A stretch of 64,000 bases of DNA, taken from the NCBI GenBank assembly GCA_013416795.1, contig RQSC01000006.1:22541-86540 (forward strand). Direction: 5' to 3'. This stretch comes from Prasinococcaceae sp. CCMP 1430. Lineage: Eukaryota > Plantae > Prasinodermophyta. The first letter of the stretch is position 1. Each line of letters starts with the position of its first letter. This document shows, in pieces, positions 34,873 to 45,863 of the stretch. The position numbers and the translations under genes were made by a program. The notes beneath the pieces were generated by a model. That model did no database searches, was not told the origin of the DNA, and saw nothing but the letters and a program-made list of their open reading frames with translations.

Positions 34873-36064
34873 GTTGCAAGCGCGCAGGTTGGGTCAGTGC
34901 ACGTGCGCGGCGCTCGCTGCTTGTTGCAGCCGCATGCCTTGGCGCCGCTACAGGGTGCCCTGCGCCTCCGGTAGCTACTGCAGGCGCCTGCTCCGTACCT
35001 CATACCCTTGACCCTGCCCATGCCGCGACGCCGCTGCGTGCTGCACGCCACCCTCCCTGCGCACCAGCATACTTGCAGGCATGCTGGCGACGCCCGCTCC
35101 GGGCGGCCGAGCGGCTGCGCAGCGGCGCTCGCTCCCGGCACAGAGCGCGCCCAAGCGCTGTGCGGCCGAGCGTGCTCCACTTCCGCCCGCCCGCCGCCGC
35201 GCGGCCACCTCCCCGCGCGCGCACACACACACACACTGCAGTGCCACCACGCCAGGCGGCAGTGTGGCACACACACACACAGGCACACACACAGGCACAC
35301 GCACAGGCACACGCACACACGCCCGCGCACGCACAGCCGCCGCCGGCTCCCGGCACAGCCGCCGCACTCGTCTGTGGGGTCGCTCGTTGGGTGTCGAGCG
35401 CGCAGGTGCATCGCGCACGCACGGCACACTTTTAGGAACAAACCTGTGTCATATCTACCCACGGGAGATGCCGCGGACGGGGAGAGTGAAACCGAACAAA
35501 ACTGAGTCATGTTTACCGACGGGAGATCGCGCGGGCGGGTGCAGCGCGGCGGGGTCGCTGCGAGTTTGTTGGGGCGCGGCGGCGAAGGGGCGCGCGGGCG
35601 CGCCACGCCGCAGGGCGCGAACCAGCGCCCGCACGCCTCGGCGGCCCCCCGCCGCCGGCAGCGCCCGCAGTGGCGGGAAGCGGGCGGCGAGCGCGCGCGT
35701 GGCGATGAAAAATCCCCCCGAGGTGGAGGGAAAACCAAATCCCATGCGCAAAAAAGAGGGTTCGCATCGCACGAGAGGGCGGGGCCGTTCCGAGGCACTC
35801 GAAGCATCCCGGTCCGTGCAAGAGCAGCGTTGGTGGACTGTACAGTGTACGTTTACATGTACTGCACGCTCCTTCTGTGAACCCCAAATGCCGCAGCCCC
35901 AAACCTGCGGCCGCGCGCGCGCCCGGAACCACCTCGCGGGCCAGAGTGCGCGCCGCAGCGCGCCGCCAGCCCGCACAGCCCGGACTACTACGAGAGAGGG
36001 GAGGGGCACCCCGGATCACCCCGCGAGCGCCCTCGAGAGCACCGGCCGCGGCAGCGCGCACGCG

Positions 36065-38545
36065 TTACCTTCGGCCAAAGCCACTCGGCTGGCCAAAGCC
36101 GCCGCTGGCCTGGCCGAAGCCGCCGCCGGTCTGGCCGAAGCCGCCGCCGGCCTGGCCGAAGCCGCCGCCGGCCTGGCCGAAGCCACCGGTGGCTTGACCG
36201 AAACCGCCGCCGGCCTGGCCAAAGCCCGCGCGACCGCCTCCACCGCCGAAGCCCGCACCGCCGCCTCCCCCGCCGAAGCCGCCTCCACCTCCCCCGCCGA
36301 AGCCGCCACCGCCTCCACCCCCGCCCCCGGGCGCCTGCTCGAGATCGTCCCTGTACTTGGATGACTCGTCGGTCAAGGCCAGGCGCGAGCCCTCTGGTTC
36401 CTCAAGGTATTTCTTGTCGTCGAGGTACGCCGATAGCCGCGCAGCAAGCACAGAGGTTTCTGTGCCCTGCCCCGCAAGCTTCGGCACGAACTCGCCGCTG
36501 ATGGTAGCGAAAAGGGCAATGGCATCGTCCTTGTACGCGCGCCAGAGTGCGTGCCCGCACGATCGCAGGACGGCGAGCACCGCGTTGGCAACCTCGCGCT
36601 TCTGTGGCAGGGCGTTGAGAGCCGCGGCAAGCCAGCGCCAAGCATCCGCCGGCATCATGCCCTCATGCTTGCCAGTGGCCATCAACGCACCGTAGAACGA
36701 CATCATGCCGTACACACGCGAACAAAAGTCGTCGGTGCTCTCAGTCGTACTTGCACCGTCCTCCCCCTCCGTGGTGCGGTAGCCCGCGGCTTTCAGGTAC
36801 TCCTTTTCGGTCGCAAAGCGCTCCTCAGTGTACGGCACGTACAGCGGGATGGCAATCGGGCAGCGCGCGTGGAGGCGCGCTAGCACGATGGGTCCAAAGC
36901 CTGGGTTTTGAGCCGACACTCGTGCCACTAGCTCCGCCAAAGGGAAGGCGAACGACTCGAGCCGGCGCACCTGCTCCTCGGCCTGGACGAGCGCCTTGCC
37001 TGCAGACTGCAGCATCACGTAGGACTTATGCGCTGGACTCGGGGCGTGCTGGATCAGTTCGGAGAGAGCCTTCGTCTTGGATGCCACCTGCTCCTCCGTG
37101 CCGGTCAATTGCACAACGTGCTGGATGATGGCCTTGTCTATCTTGCGGCGCTCCATCTTGGCGGAAGCGTTTGCTTTGAGCGGCGCAGCAACCTCGTTTG
37201 CCTTGACCAGCGCTTCCCGCAGCGCACCCCGACGCGCCGCTGCGGCGTCACTGACCCGATCCTCTGTCCCCTTGATCGCCTTGGGTGTCGGACCGTTGGC
37301 TGTTTCCTGTGCATGTTGTTGTTCTTGTTGTTGCTGCTGCTGCTGCTGAGCCTGTAACTGAGCCCGCTCCTGTTCGGCCTTCTCCGCTGCGGCCTTCTGC
37401 GCCTCATCCGCTGCTCGCTGGGCGGCCTGCACCTCTGCTCGTCGTTTCTCCTCACGCTCCTTTGCCTCTGCCTCCGCCTGGCGCGCTTTCGCCTCGGCCT
37501 CCGCTCGCTCTGCTTCGCGGGCAGCAGCGGCGGCAGCCTGCGCCTCCCGAGCCTTGAGGTCGTTCACCAGAGATGCTGCCCTGGCCTCGACCTGCCTTCT
37601 GTGCTCTTCGAGCATGCGCATGCGCTCGCTGCGCGCCGCGGCGCACGCGGCATTCAACCCTGCGGCGTCCTCCAGAACGACTTGCGCACCCAGCTCAGTC
37701 TCATTCGAAATGTCCTTGGATGCGCGCTCCTCTTCCTTCTGCGCCTCCTGCAGTTGCGTTTCAAGCACCCATGCCCATCGCCTCGAGCGCTCGCGCGCGA
37801 GTGCTGCCGCCTCGCTGGCGGTGCATTGCAAGGCAGCCTCAGCAGCATCGAGCGGTTCCGCAGGCGGCGCCTCGTACGCCTGCGCCGCCGTGACTGTGGT
37901 GCGAAGTGGTGATCGCCCAACGGACGCCGGTGCACCGGCGGAGTCCTCCTCCCCCTCGTCATCCGAGTCGCTCGGAGCGCAAATTCGCACAGCCTCGGCC
38001 TCGCCTACTGCCGCCACCGCGAGCTCGCGCACAGCAAAGCCGAAGCCGTCGCTCGTGTTGCCGTCTTCATCGTCGAAGTCGAGGTCAGCGGGCGCGCAAT
38101 ACCTACCCTCCGTCGCCGGCCCATGCGGGGCGGTTTGGCCGAGCGTGCGCATCAGCAGCGCCGGCGACGCCGATGGTGCGGAGGAGGACCCCACGGTGCC
38201 GAGGGGCATAAGCGACGTGAGCGGCGAGATAGGGGTGAGCGGCGACATCGGCGTGCCGATCCCCAGCTCCCCCGCGGCCGCCGCAGCGAGCCTCGCCCCC
38301 AGAGCGTCGATCGCTGGGCTGGTGGCGCCGGGGTCGCCGCCGGCGCGCACGGCGGTGGCGGTCGACGGCGAGCGCGCGGGCAAGGGCACGCTCACGCTCG
38401 CGTCGGGGGACCCATCCCCGCCGGCGGCGGCGCACGCCGCCGGCGCACGCAGCCGCGCGCCGTCTGACGGCGTCGACGTCGGCGGCTGCTGTGTGCCGAC
38501 GCTGGCAGCACCGCTGCCACACCAGCCAGGGGGGGGGGGGAACAT
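36065..38545 (-). CDS. GLE1: mRNA export factor GLE1 with a C-terminal FG-repeat tail
   Basis: Low-complexity N-terminus, an E/A/R coiled coil, then the GLE1 domain (FAFPLA, ARLHARCPIAIP, GY...ESTDDFCSRVYGMMSFYGAL, AWRWLAAALNALP). The start is uncertain because of a G homopolymer. Confidence 0.85.
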   Translation of the reverse strand: MFPPPPGWCGSGAASVGTQQPPTSTPSDGARLRAPAACAAAGGDGSPDASVSVPLPARSPSTATAVRAGGDPGATSPAIDALGARLAAAAAGELGIGTPMSPLTPISPLTSLMPLGTVGSSSAPSASPALLMRTLGQTAPHGPATEGRYCAPADLDFDDEDGNTSDGFGFAVRELAVAAVGEAEAVRICAPSDSDDEGEEDSAGAPASVGRSPLRTTVTAAQAYEAPPAEPLDAAEAALQCTASEAAALARERSRRWAWVLETQLQEAQKEEERASKDISNETELGAQVVLEDAAGLNAACAAARSERMRMLEEHRRQVEARAASLVNDLKAREAQAAAAAAREAERAEAEAKARQAEAEAKEREEKRRAEVQAAQRAADEAQKAAAEKAEQERAQLQAQQQQQQQQEQQHAQETANGPTPKAIKGTEDRVSDAAAARRGALREALVKANEVAAPLKANASAKMERRKIDKAIIQHVVQLTGTEEQVASKTKALSELIQHAPSPAHKSYVMLQSAGKALVQAEEQVRRLESFAFPLAELVARVSAQNPGFGPIVLARLHARCPIAIPLYVPYTEERFATEKEYLKAAGYRTTEGEDGASTTESTDDFCSRVYGMMSFYGALMATGKHEGMMPADAWRWLAAALNALPQKREVANAVLAVLRSCGHALWRAYKDDAIALFATISGEFVPKLAGQGTETSVLAARLSAYLDDKKYLEEPEGSRLALTDESSKYRDDLEQAPGGGGGGGGGFGGGGGGGFGGGGGGAGFGGGGGRAGFGQAGGGFGQATGGFGQAGGGFGQAGGGFGQTGGGFGQASGGFGQPSGFGRR
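36091..36226 (-). repeat. 21-nt tandem repeat, about 6.5 copies, encoding GGGFGQA heptapeptides
   Basis: Plus-strand unit ggccgaagccgccgccggcct with synonymous-type variants. Confidence 0.9.
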
Positions 38546-39209
38546 TCGTTTTGATCTCAACGTCTCCGGCGCACGAAGACGGGGTCTGCGAACGTTCTAG
38601 ACTCGAGAGAGCGGGAGAGAGAGACTGTCTGACTGACGTTGGCCTTGAATCATGATGAATGAAACGCGGCGTGACGTGGGGACCGACCGACGCCATGGCG
38701 GTGGTGTCATTGATCGCCCGTGGGTAGGATCATACATGATACTGATGCTGCATTACCGCAGCAGCGTTTGCAATCATTTCTCGACTGGAGCCATTATGCC
38801 GACGCGATGCGCGGAGAGTCTCCCGCCGCCAGAGCGCGCCGCGGCGCGCCGCGGCATGCCGCGCCGCTCTCCCCCACCCCACGCCGCCCCACGCCACCGC
38901 CCCGGCGGGAGTGCACTGCCCTGTGTGTTTTGAATGAACTGTGTTGGGGTTTAGGTTCGAGGGTATTGTACACCGTACTGACAGTAAAGTTGGAGTTCTG
39001 CCATGTAGGGTTCGACGCAGCGCCGTTCCCCGAGGGTACGCATGCGCCGGCGCGGGCGCAGCTCGTGCCGCTCTGCGCGCTGTCCACACCCCTTGCGCGG
39101 CGCGGGGTGGCGGCAGTGGGTCTGCGCAGGGTGTCGGCGGGGGAGTTGGCCTGGGGAATCGCGGTGCGGTGTGGTTTGCCGCTTCTCGGTGTCGCTCGGG
39201 CCTGCAGCG

Positions 39210-40550
39210 ATGGCCGCGCCCTTTGCGCACGAGCAGCTCGACGCACTCGCGGCCGAGCGGCCCGGCTTTGCAGAGCTCATCGGCGCGGCGCTGCGTGCGA
39301 TGCGGGGGCTGGGCGACGACGAGCTCAGACAAATGCTCGTGGACGCGATGGCACCGCCGCAGAGGGGCGTCGCGGCTGGCAAGGCACGGCTCCAACCGAG
39401 CCGCGAACAGCGAGGGATCACACCGGCACGTTCCGACAGCGCTGCCGCGTCCGCGCACGGCCACATTGCACCCCCCCCAGCAGCAGCAGCTGCCACGAGC
39501 GGTGCAGCAGCGCGGCCTGTACGCTTTACCCTGCGCTCTACTGCTGTTGACGAAGGTAGCAGCGAGGACGAGGAGGCCGCCGCAGCCGGAGATATCGGCG
39601 GCGGTGGCAGCGACAGCGACAGCGACGATGACAGCGATGGTGAATTCGAGTGGTTCGGTGTGCGTGCAGACTACGAACGCGAGCCCGGGGTCGCTGAGGC
39701 CCGCGCCGCCGTTGCTGCGATGTTTGGCGCAGCAGCGGACGCTGCTGAGGCACAAGCGGCTGGCAGGACCATGAGGGTATCAGCAGCCGCGCCAGAAGCT
39801 GTCGATGACGACGAATTCGTAGACATCGGCGCCTTGGCGGCATCGGCTGGGTCCTCCTCTGTTGACGACACGCCTGTGGAAGAAGGTCGAGCCCAGCCCG
39901 CAGACTCGGAGCGCCGTGGGGCGACAGATGGGTGTAGTAGCTCTGACGCTGTCGCAGAGAAGGCCCAGGCTCTCGCGAGTGGAGATGTACTTCGGCGCGT
40001 TCCTGACACCAAGGGCCTATTGTTGCCGGTGCAAGAGGAGGGTGGCACTGCCAATGGCATTGTCGATGATGCTGGGGCTGGCAACAGCGCCGAGACTGGC
40101 GATGACAACGCACTCGAGCGCCTACGCACGCGAGCACAAGAAGCGACAGCCGCTGCAGAGGATGCATGGAAGCGCGTGCCTCGGACGACGCCGAGAACCA
40201 CGGGCATCGGTGCTGGGATCGACGGGTACGCAAGGCTGAACGACGGTGGCAGCACGGGCGACACTGGCGTGCTTGGCATGGCGGGCCTTAGCTTCGAGCC
40301 TAAGTTCAGCTCTGAGCGGCCGCCGTCGCTCGATGAGGCCTTCCTCCGCCAGATCGGTAACAGCAGCGAGGCCGGTGACCAAGGTGCCACGAATGTGTTC
40401 GACGCATGCCCCCCGCCACCGATGTGGACCGACGGACCAGTTCTCACGGACGGGAACGCCGGTGACGAGCTGCCATTCTCGCGCGAGACCAACGACGCCC
40501 TCAAGAAGGCGCTCGCAGCCGTCGCGGCGCAGTACTCACCAAGGCGCTGA
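39210..40550 (+). CDS. Hypothetical acidic low-complexity protein
   Basis: Long ORF from MAAPFAHEQL with a helical N-terminus and a DSDSDDDSDGEFEWFG motif. No family recognised. Confidence 0.65.
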   Translation: MAAPFAHEQLDALAAERPGFAELIGAALRAMRGLGDDELRQMLVDAMAPPQRGVAAGKARLQPSREQRGITPARSDSAAASAHGHIAPPPAAAAATSGAAARPVRFTLRSTAVDEGSSEDEEAAAAGDIGGGGSDSDSDDDSDGEFEWFGVRADYEREPGVAEARAAVAAMFGAAADAAEAQAAGRTMRVSAAAPEAVDDDEFVDIGALAASAGSSSVDDTPVEEGRAQPADSERRGATDGCSSSDAVAEKAQALASGDVLRRVPDTKGLLLPVQEEGGTANGIVDDAGAGNSAETGDDNALERLRTRAQEATAAAEDAWKRVPRTTPRTTGIGAGIDGYARLNDGGSTGDTGVLGMAGLSFEPKFSSERPPSLDEAFLRQIGNSSEAGDQGATNVFDACPPPPMWTDGPVLTDGNAGDELPFSRETNDALKKALAAVAAQYSPRR

Positions 40551-40630
40551 GTACATAGGCCTTGCCTGGAGAGCACACGCGCCCGTGCACTTCTACTACT
40601 GTAATTTGTATGTGTGGACAGCATCCTTTA

Positions 40631-43600
40631 TTACTTCGGCATGGCGCTTCCTTCTTCGTCACGCCTGGTTGATTCCGGTGGTTTGACCCTCCCATACATC
40701 GAGAGCCCCTCCGGCGGCACCCACGCGGCCTGCTTGCGCACCGACACCGGCGAGTCCTTGGTAACCTTGCCGTACAGAGTGAGTCCCTCCGGTGCGACGA
40801 AGGGCTCCCGCATACTCGCTTCCGTGTACGCTGCCGCGTTGCGTTCTGAGCTCTTAAGCGGCGAAATGCCACGCGCGCCAACCGACGTGCGCATTGATGC
40901 GGGCAGTTTGGTGGCGTCGAAGTCACCCCCGAGCCATCTGTGCGGTGCCGGTTGTCGGAGGGTGCGTGCGATGTCCACAGTAGTCTCATGCGGCCCCAGG
41001 AAGAGCGAGCGTGACCCCTCGATGGATCGATCCACCATGGCAATCCTTTCAGTACCGCCATCGGCCCTGCGCTTGATGGTGGTGAGGCCGACCGTGCGTG
41101 GGGCGTCGTGCAGGATGGTGCTTGTCTTGTCGAGGCCCTCCACCACGCGATCAGGCTTGTTGGGCATAGACGTGTTCATGTGGACCGTATCAACCACAAT
41201 CTTGTCTGCCCACGCCTTCTCCTCAGCCTCCCTGGCTAGCCGCTGCTCTTCGGCCAGACCGTCGCCTGTCAAGTGCACCGACTTGAATTTCTCGGGGTCA
41301 AGTTCAAAGAGGTTGCCCATGGGTACTCGCACCTTGAAATCATCTGCGTAAGCAATCGTGCCCCCGCCACGCGAGATGGTGAGGTTATGTAGCTCGTTTT
41401 CCACCCACTCCTGCTCTAGTTCCTCCGCGCGCGCCGCAGAGGGCTTCTTGGGGCACAGGTTGCGCATGAACTCCTCTTTGGTCTTGGCGGAAGGCCACTT
41501 GAAAAGTTTGCCGATACTCGGGGCCGTCGTACAGCGCACGTGAGAGCCCGCACTTGCGGCAGTGCGCGCGCGCTCCGAGTGTGGGGCAGAGGTAGCGGTA
41601 GCTCTGCCGTGCGCGTGTTTGTGTGCGTGTGCGTTGTTGGTGTCGTCCGACTTGCGGGCATTCGCCCAGATGCCCTTGGCTAGCCACTTGGCGTGCTGGT
41701 GGCGCAGCTCCACACCCAGCGTGTTCTCAGTGGCGCGCATGGTCTCGAGGTTGCGCTGGTGCGCGTTGAACACGCGCGTGGCGGCGCTCGCACGGAAGGC
41801 ATCATAGGCGGTGTTGGTATTGTCAGTGTAGCCCTTGCGCGACGCCCTGCGGCGCAAGGTGGGGGCATACCCGAGCACTGTATCGCCACCAGCACTCTCA
41901 ACACCTTGGCCATCATTGACATTGACCTCCCCGCCCTGGATCTGCACGTGCGCGTCAACCTCTGGGGCGTCACCGAGCGCATCGGTGGCGTCGGCGCTAC
42001 CGTTTCCTCTTCCCCGCGCGCCCGCTCGTGCGCCCGCGCCGCCGTCGCCCATGCCGCTCGCGTTGGCATCGTTGCACTCAACAGCACCGCCGCTGGCGTC
42101 CCTTGGCACGCCCTCGAGATCTGCTTGCGTGAGCCCTCCGCCGAACTTCTTGTCAATGGCCAAGAGCATATCTTCGGTGGGTAGCAGCTGCATTTCCTCT
42201 ACCTGCCTCATCCAGCGTTGTTGCGACAGCGCGTGCAGGCGCTTGACGGCGACCATGCAGTCCTCTTTGACATTCCCGGTGGCGAAGGTGCCAGGCGCGG
42301 CTACGATGGCGTGTAACTTGGCGCGCAGTTTGAGCGGCTGGATATCGGCGCCCAGCCCGTCGTACAGGCGCTGCTGGTGCGCCAGCCCGTCGTTCACCAG
42401 CACCCGCCGCCGCGGCCAATCCTTCCGCCGCGTGGGCGTGCACAGCTCTCGCACGGCGGCCAGTAGCTCGCGCAGCGCACCCTGCGGCAGACCCTCGACT
42501 ACTAGCACGCGCGACTCGCCGTCAATGAGCTGGAAGCCCGTCACCACATCCAAAGTGCGGTCGGCGCGCTGCGCCTCGCTGAACTGGTACGTCACGAGCG
42601 TCTTGAGCACGTGGTTCGCCGAGCCCTGCAGGCCCAGCGCGGCCACGTTGTGCGAGCGCGCTGCTGTCAACAGGGCCATAAGCATTTCGGTGTCCTCGTA
42701 TGCCATGATAGCGACGAGCCGCACAAAGGGGCGCTCGACGTCGGGACGCTTTAACGGCGCTGCCAGTCGTAGTCGCATGCGCAGCTCCGTCTGCGCCTGC
42801 ATGTAGAGGCCAGGCCGGGTCGTCCAAGAGGGGTCCTGCCCGTTGGTCAGCATGCGGGAGATTGGCACCACGGGCGCGTCGAGGTCAATGCTGCGGTAGC
42901 CATCAGCAAACTGCGCCAGAGAAACGCGCACGGCCCCGTGGCCTGGTTCGGCGCGCCCCATCACGCCGGCACTCGCCGCGACGGCCGCCGCAGCCACGCC
43001 CGCGTCGCCGTTACCGTTCGCGTCTTCCCCATCCGGGGGTGGTTTCTCCACGCTCTCCACAACGTCGTACGTTGTGACGTCTTCCTCCGCACGCTCTGTG
43101 CGATCGTACACGAGCACCTCGATGGGTGGGCCCTCCAGGCACCGCCTGAAGAGTTCCGCCTGGTCGAGCTCGCCCGCGAGGACAACAGTGGGGCGAACGC
43201 CGGAGAAGGTTGCCGTGCGGGCGCTGAGGCGCATCTCCGAGTCCACGATGCGCCATGCGCTCACGTCGGTCGCACTCTGGAGGATGGGCTCATCGACGCC
43301 AGGCAGCGACATCACGACGTGAGGCATCTCACAGCGCTGCTCGAGCAGCTCGCGGCTGCTGGGAAGGTCGGGCAGGTCGACCAGCTCGGCAGGCGAAACG
43401 ACGAGCGGGTTGAGGCTTTCGGCAAGCTCAGGCGAGAGCAGCGGGCGCGAAAGCACCACGATCGTCCTCACACCACACACGCCCAGCGAAGTAGCGCCCG
43501 CGGGCAGTCCAGGCGCACCCACCGAGGATTGCGCGCGCAGGTCGCCAACCAGAAGCCCCGAGCAGTCGACTTCGAGGGTGAGCGCCACCGGCTCACAGCC

Positions 43601-44071
43601 CTTGCGCGAGAGATCCACCTCGAGGATATGCGCCCCCGAGGACGCGAAAAGCGCGCGCACACACTCAGCCATCGGCTCGAAGCAATGGCAAGGCGGGTCG
43701 GTCGCTTCCTCGCCTTCGGTGGCCGTAGTCGCAGGGGCGCACGAGAGTGCGACGCTGACTGGCGCCTCGCCCGCCGGCGCTGGGGTCGCATCCACGATGA
43801 GCGGCGCAAACTCTGTCACGGTGTCCTCGCCCCATAGCGTGTGTCGGACTGCAACCGTGAGCGGGTCCTCCACGTCCCCGCCTTTGTCACCAGCGCCCGC
43901 GCCGGTATCCGCAGCTCCATCCTTGACGTCGGCATTGGCGGCGCTCGTAGCAACGGCTTCCTCGGCGAGCTCGAGCTCGAGCTCGATGCGCACCTCCACC
44001 TCGTACGCCTGCGGCTCCGCTCGGGCACCTTCCCCCCCTTCAACCGCATCCGCTTCGCCGCCGCCACCCAT
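40631..44071 (-). CDS. CFAP92: Cilia/flagella-associated protein 92-like (KIAA1257/FAP92), intronless, 1146 aa
   Basis: PGLYMQAQTELRMRLRLAAPL, RPFVRLV, LDVVTGFQLIDGESRVLVVEGL, LVNDGLAHQQRLY and LLPTEDMLLAIDKKFG match CFAP92 blocks as I recall them. Confidence 0.8.
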   Translation of the reverse strand: MGGGGEADAVEGGEGARAEPQAYEVEVRIELELELAEEAVATSAANADVKDGAADTGAGAGDKGGDVEDPLTVAVRHTLWGEDTVTEFAPLIVDATPAPAGEAPVSVALSCAPATTATEGEEATDPPCHCFEPMAECVRALFASSGAHILEVDLSRKGCEPVALTLEVDCSGLLVGDLRAQSSVGAPGLPAGATSLGVCGVRTIVVLSRPLLSPELAESLNPLVVSPAELVDLPDLPSSRELLEQRCEMPHVVMSLPGVDEPILQSATDVSAWRIVDSEMRLSARTATFSGVRPTVVLAGELDQAELFRRCLEGPPIEVLVYDRTERAEEDVTTYDVVESVEKPPPDGEDANGNGDAGVAAAAVAASAGVMGRAEPGHGAVRVSLAQFADGYRSIDLDAPVVPISRMLTNGQDPSWTTRPGLYMQAQTELRMRLRLAAPLKRPDVERPFVRLVAIMAYEDTEMLMALLTAARSHNVAALGLQGSANHVLKTLVTYQFSEAQRADRTLDVVTGFQLIDGESRVLVVEGLPQGALRELLAAVRELCTPTRRKDWPRRRVLVNDGLAHQQRLYDGLGADIQPLKLRAKLHAIVAAPGTFATGNVKEDCMVAVKRLHALSQQRWMRQVEEMQLLPTEDMLLAIDKKFGGGLTQADLEGVPRDASGGAVECNDANASGMGDGGAGARAGARGRGNGSADATDALGDAPEVDAHVQIQGGEVNVNDGQGVESAGGDTVLGYAPTLRRRASRKGYTDNTNTAYDAFRASAATRVFNAHQRNLETMRATENTLGVELRHQHAKWLAKGIWANARKSDDTNNAHAHKHAHGRATATSAPHSERARTAASAGSHVRCTTAPSIGKLFKWPSAKTKEEFMRNLCPKKPSAARAEELEQEWVENELHNLTISRGGGTIAYADDFKVRVPMGNLFELDPEKFKSVHLTGDGLAEEQRLAREAEEKAWADKIVVDTVHMNTSMPNKPDRVVEGLDKTSTILHDAPRTVGLTTIKRRADGGTERIAMVDRSIEGSRSLFLGPHETTVDIARTLRQPAPHRWLGGDFDATKLPASMRTSVGARGISPLKSSERNAAAYTEASMREPFVAPEGLTLYGKVTKDSPVSVRKQAAWVPPEGLSMYGRVKPPESTRRDEEGSAMPK

Positions 44072-45203
44072 AGTCGTTGTGCGTCAAGCGCGTGTGGAAT
44101 ACGCGTGCGTAGGCGCGTCCCCTCGACCGCGTGGGACACCCACCAGCTGCGAATACCCGCGTGGCCCACGCCGCCGACACGGCCCGGGTGCTGCAGGCGC
44201 CCGCCCGCGCGCGCGCGCGCGCGCGCGCGCGAGTGGCACTCTGACCCCACCCCCCTCGTCGACTTTCCGCCCTGTTTCGGTCAGTAGACTTAGGGTAGGG
44301 TCTGTATACGCTCGGCGTCGCCGCCAGTCCGCGCCGAAATCGCCTCCGCCGTTTTTCACGCTGGAGGGCCCGCTCCATTGCAGCGCTTTTCGGGCTCGCC
44401 TTTAGCCGGGTTGAGGCGATTCGACGGAAAGCTACCACCGAATTCAGGTGATGCCGCCGTGGGTTCCCCAAGCGCAGCTGCCGCCGGGGTCCCGCGAGGC
44501 ATGGCGGCGCCGACTGCTGCAGCTGTGCGCGCCGGCGACGTCGCCCCTTTGGGCCGCGACGCTTTGCTCGCGCGGCGGCCGCGCGCCGCTCGCGAGCGCG
44601 AGCCGGGCGTGCAAAGTTGCAAACGCTCGGCTCGCTCGCTCGCTGGCAGGACTGGCTGGACTGGGCGCTCCTGCGTCCATGCGAGCCAGGGCCGCATGGG
44701 GGTTGACGCGCGCCGTCGCAGGTGCGCTGCGCACCGGCTCATACGGATGTGCGGCGGGGTCCGGCCCGCGGCAGCCCGTTGCGGGGCGGTGGGCGGGAAG
44801 TAGGGGGGGGGGCGTGAGCGTCGCCGGATGCGTACAGGTGATTGCGTTGCGGACTCGGTCGGTCGCTGGGGGTGGGGGGCAAGCGGGGGGAGGGAGGGAG
44901 GAGGGAGGGGACTACAGCAGCGTGGTTGAAAGAGTAAGGCGTGGAGAAGGCAGAGGAAATGGGTCAGCCACGGGGTGGCAGAGCGCGCGCTGGACGCTGC
45001 GTGCGCGCGACTGCTCACTCGCTCGCCTGGCTGGCCGCAGACGAGCACCTGCGCGCTCGCCGCCGACGCGCACACACACGTGGGCACGCGCGCCTGCACG
45101 TTCTCTCACTCGAGCCGTGCCGCACGCGGGGCCGCCCTCTGGTAGGGCTGGCCATCGACCAGCGGCCGTAGCAACCAGAGCACGCGCGCCGCGGCCGCTC
45201 GCC

Positions 45204-45863
45204 ATGGCACCACGCGCGTACGGCAACAAGACGCTGCAGGACAACTGGTTCGAGGACCGTGTGCAGTCCGAGATTGAGGCCGGCCATCAGGCGCGCCGGC
45301 AGGGCGCGACCCTGCGTGAATTCGAACCGGCGCTGAGCATGATTGTGCCGCCGAAGGGCAACCAGGCCGAGCGTTTCGCCACGGTTCCGCGCACGTACCG
45401 CCAGCCGGCGCCGAGCACCGCGCGTGCGCTGCCCGACTACAGCGTGGGCGCCAAGTACGAGACGTCCAGCGCGGACCAGGCGGGCTGGGCGCGGCCACCG
45501 CGCTCCACTGCCGCGCACAAGCCCATGGTCGGAATGCGCCAATTTGGAGAGATCCACAAGCGTGGCGGGGGTGCCGTCGGGGGGGAGGTCGCTGCGCCCG
45601 CGCCGGGCTCCTTCGGCAGCGTGCTGCCCGCACACGACCCGGGCCACGACCAGCGCCACTTCGCCACCACCAACGACGACTTCTATAACAAGCGCGTAGA
45701 GCTCGCGCGCACGCAAGGAGTGCCGCCGCCCGAGCAGGCTGACGACACGCGCTTCATTGGCGGCTATCCTGCCGCCATCAACCCCAACCATCCTGCCAAG
45801 GGCGCCATCCACTCGGCCAAGCACTCGTTCCACAAGAAGAGCAAGCTCGAGGGGGACTTCTGA
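45204..45863 (+). CDS. Putative ciliary microtubule inner protein with an N-terminal NWE-type motif (CFAP68/95/107-like)
   Basis: YGNKTLQDNWFEDR seam-binding-type motif plus short Mn-like motifs (YETSSA, FATTNDDFY). It lies head-to-head with CFAP92. Confidence 0.65.
   Translation: MAPRAYGNKTLQDNWFEDRVQSEIEAGHQARRQGATLREFEPALSMIVPPKGNQAERFATVPRTYRQPAPSTARALPDYSVGAKYETSSADQAGWARPPRSTAAHKPMVGMRQFGEIHKRGGGAVGGEVAAPAPGSFGSVLPAHDPGHDQRHFATTNDDFYNKRVELARTQGVPPPEQADDTRFIGGYPAAINPNHPAKGAIHSAKHSFHKKSKLEGDF

Noticed and set aside
36091-36226. 21-nt tandem array as a CRISPR-like repeat
   Set aside because: There are no spacers, it lies in frame within a eukaryotic CDS, and no cas genes are present.
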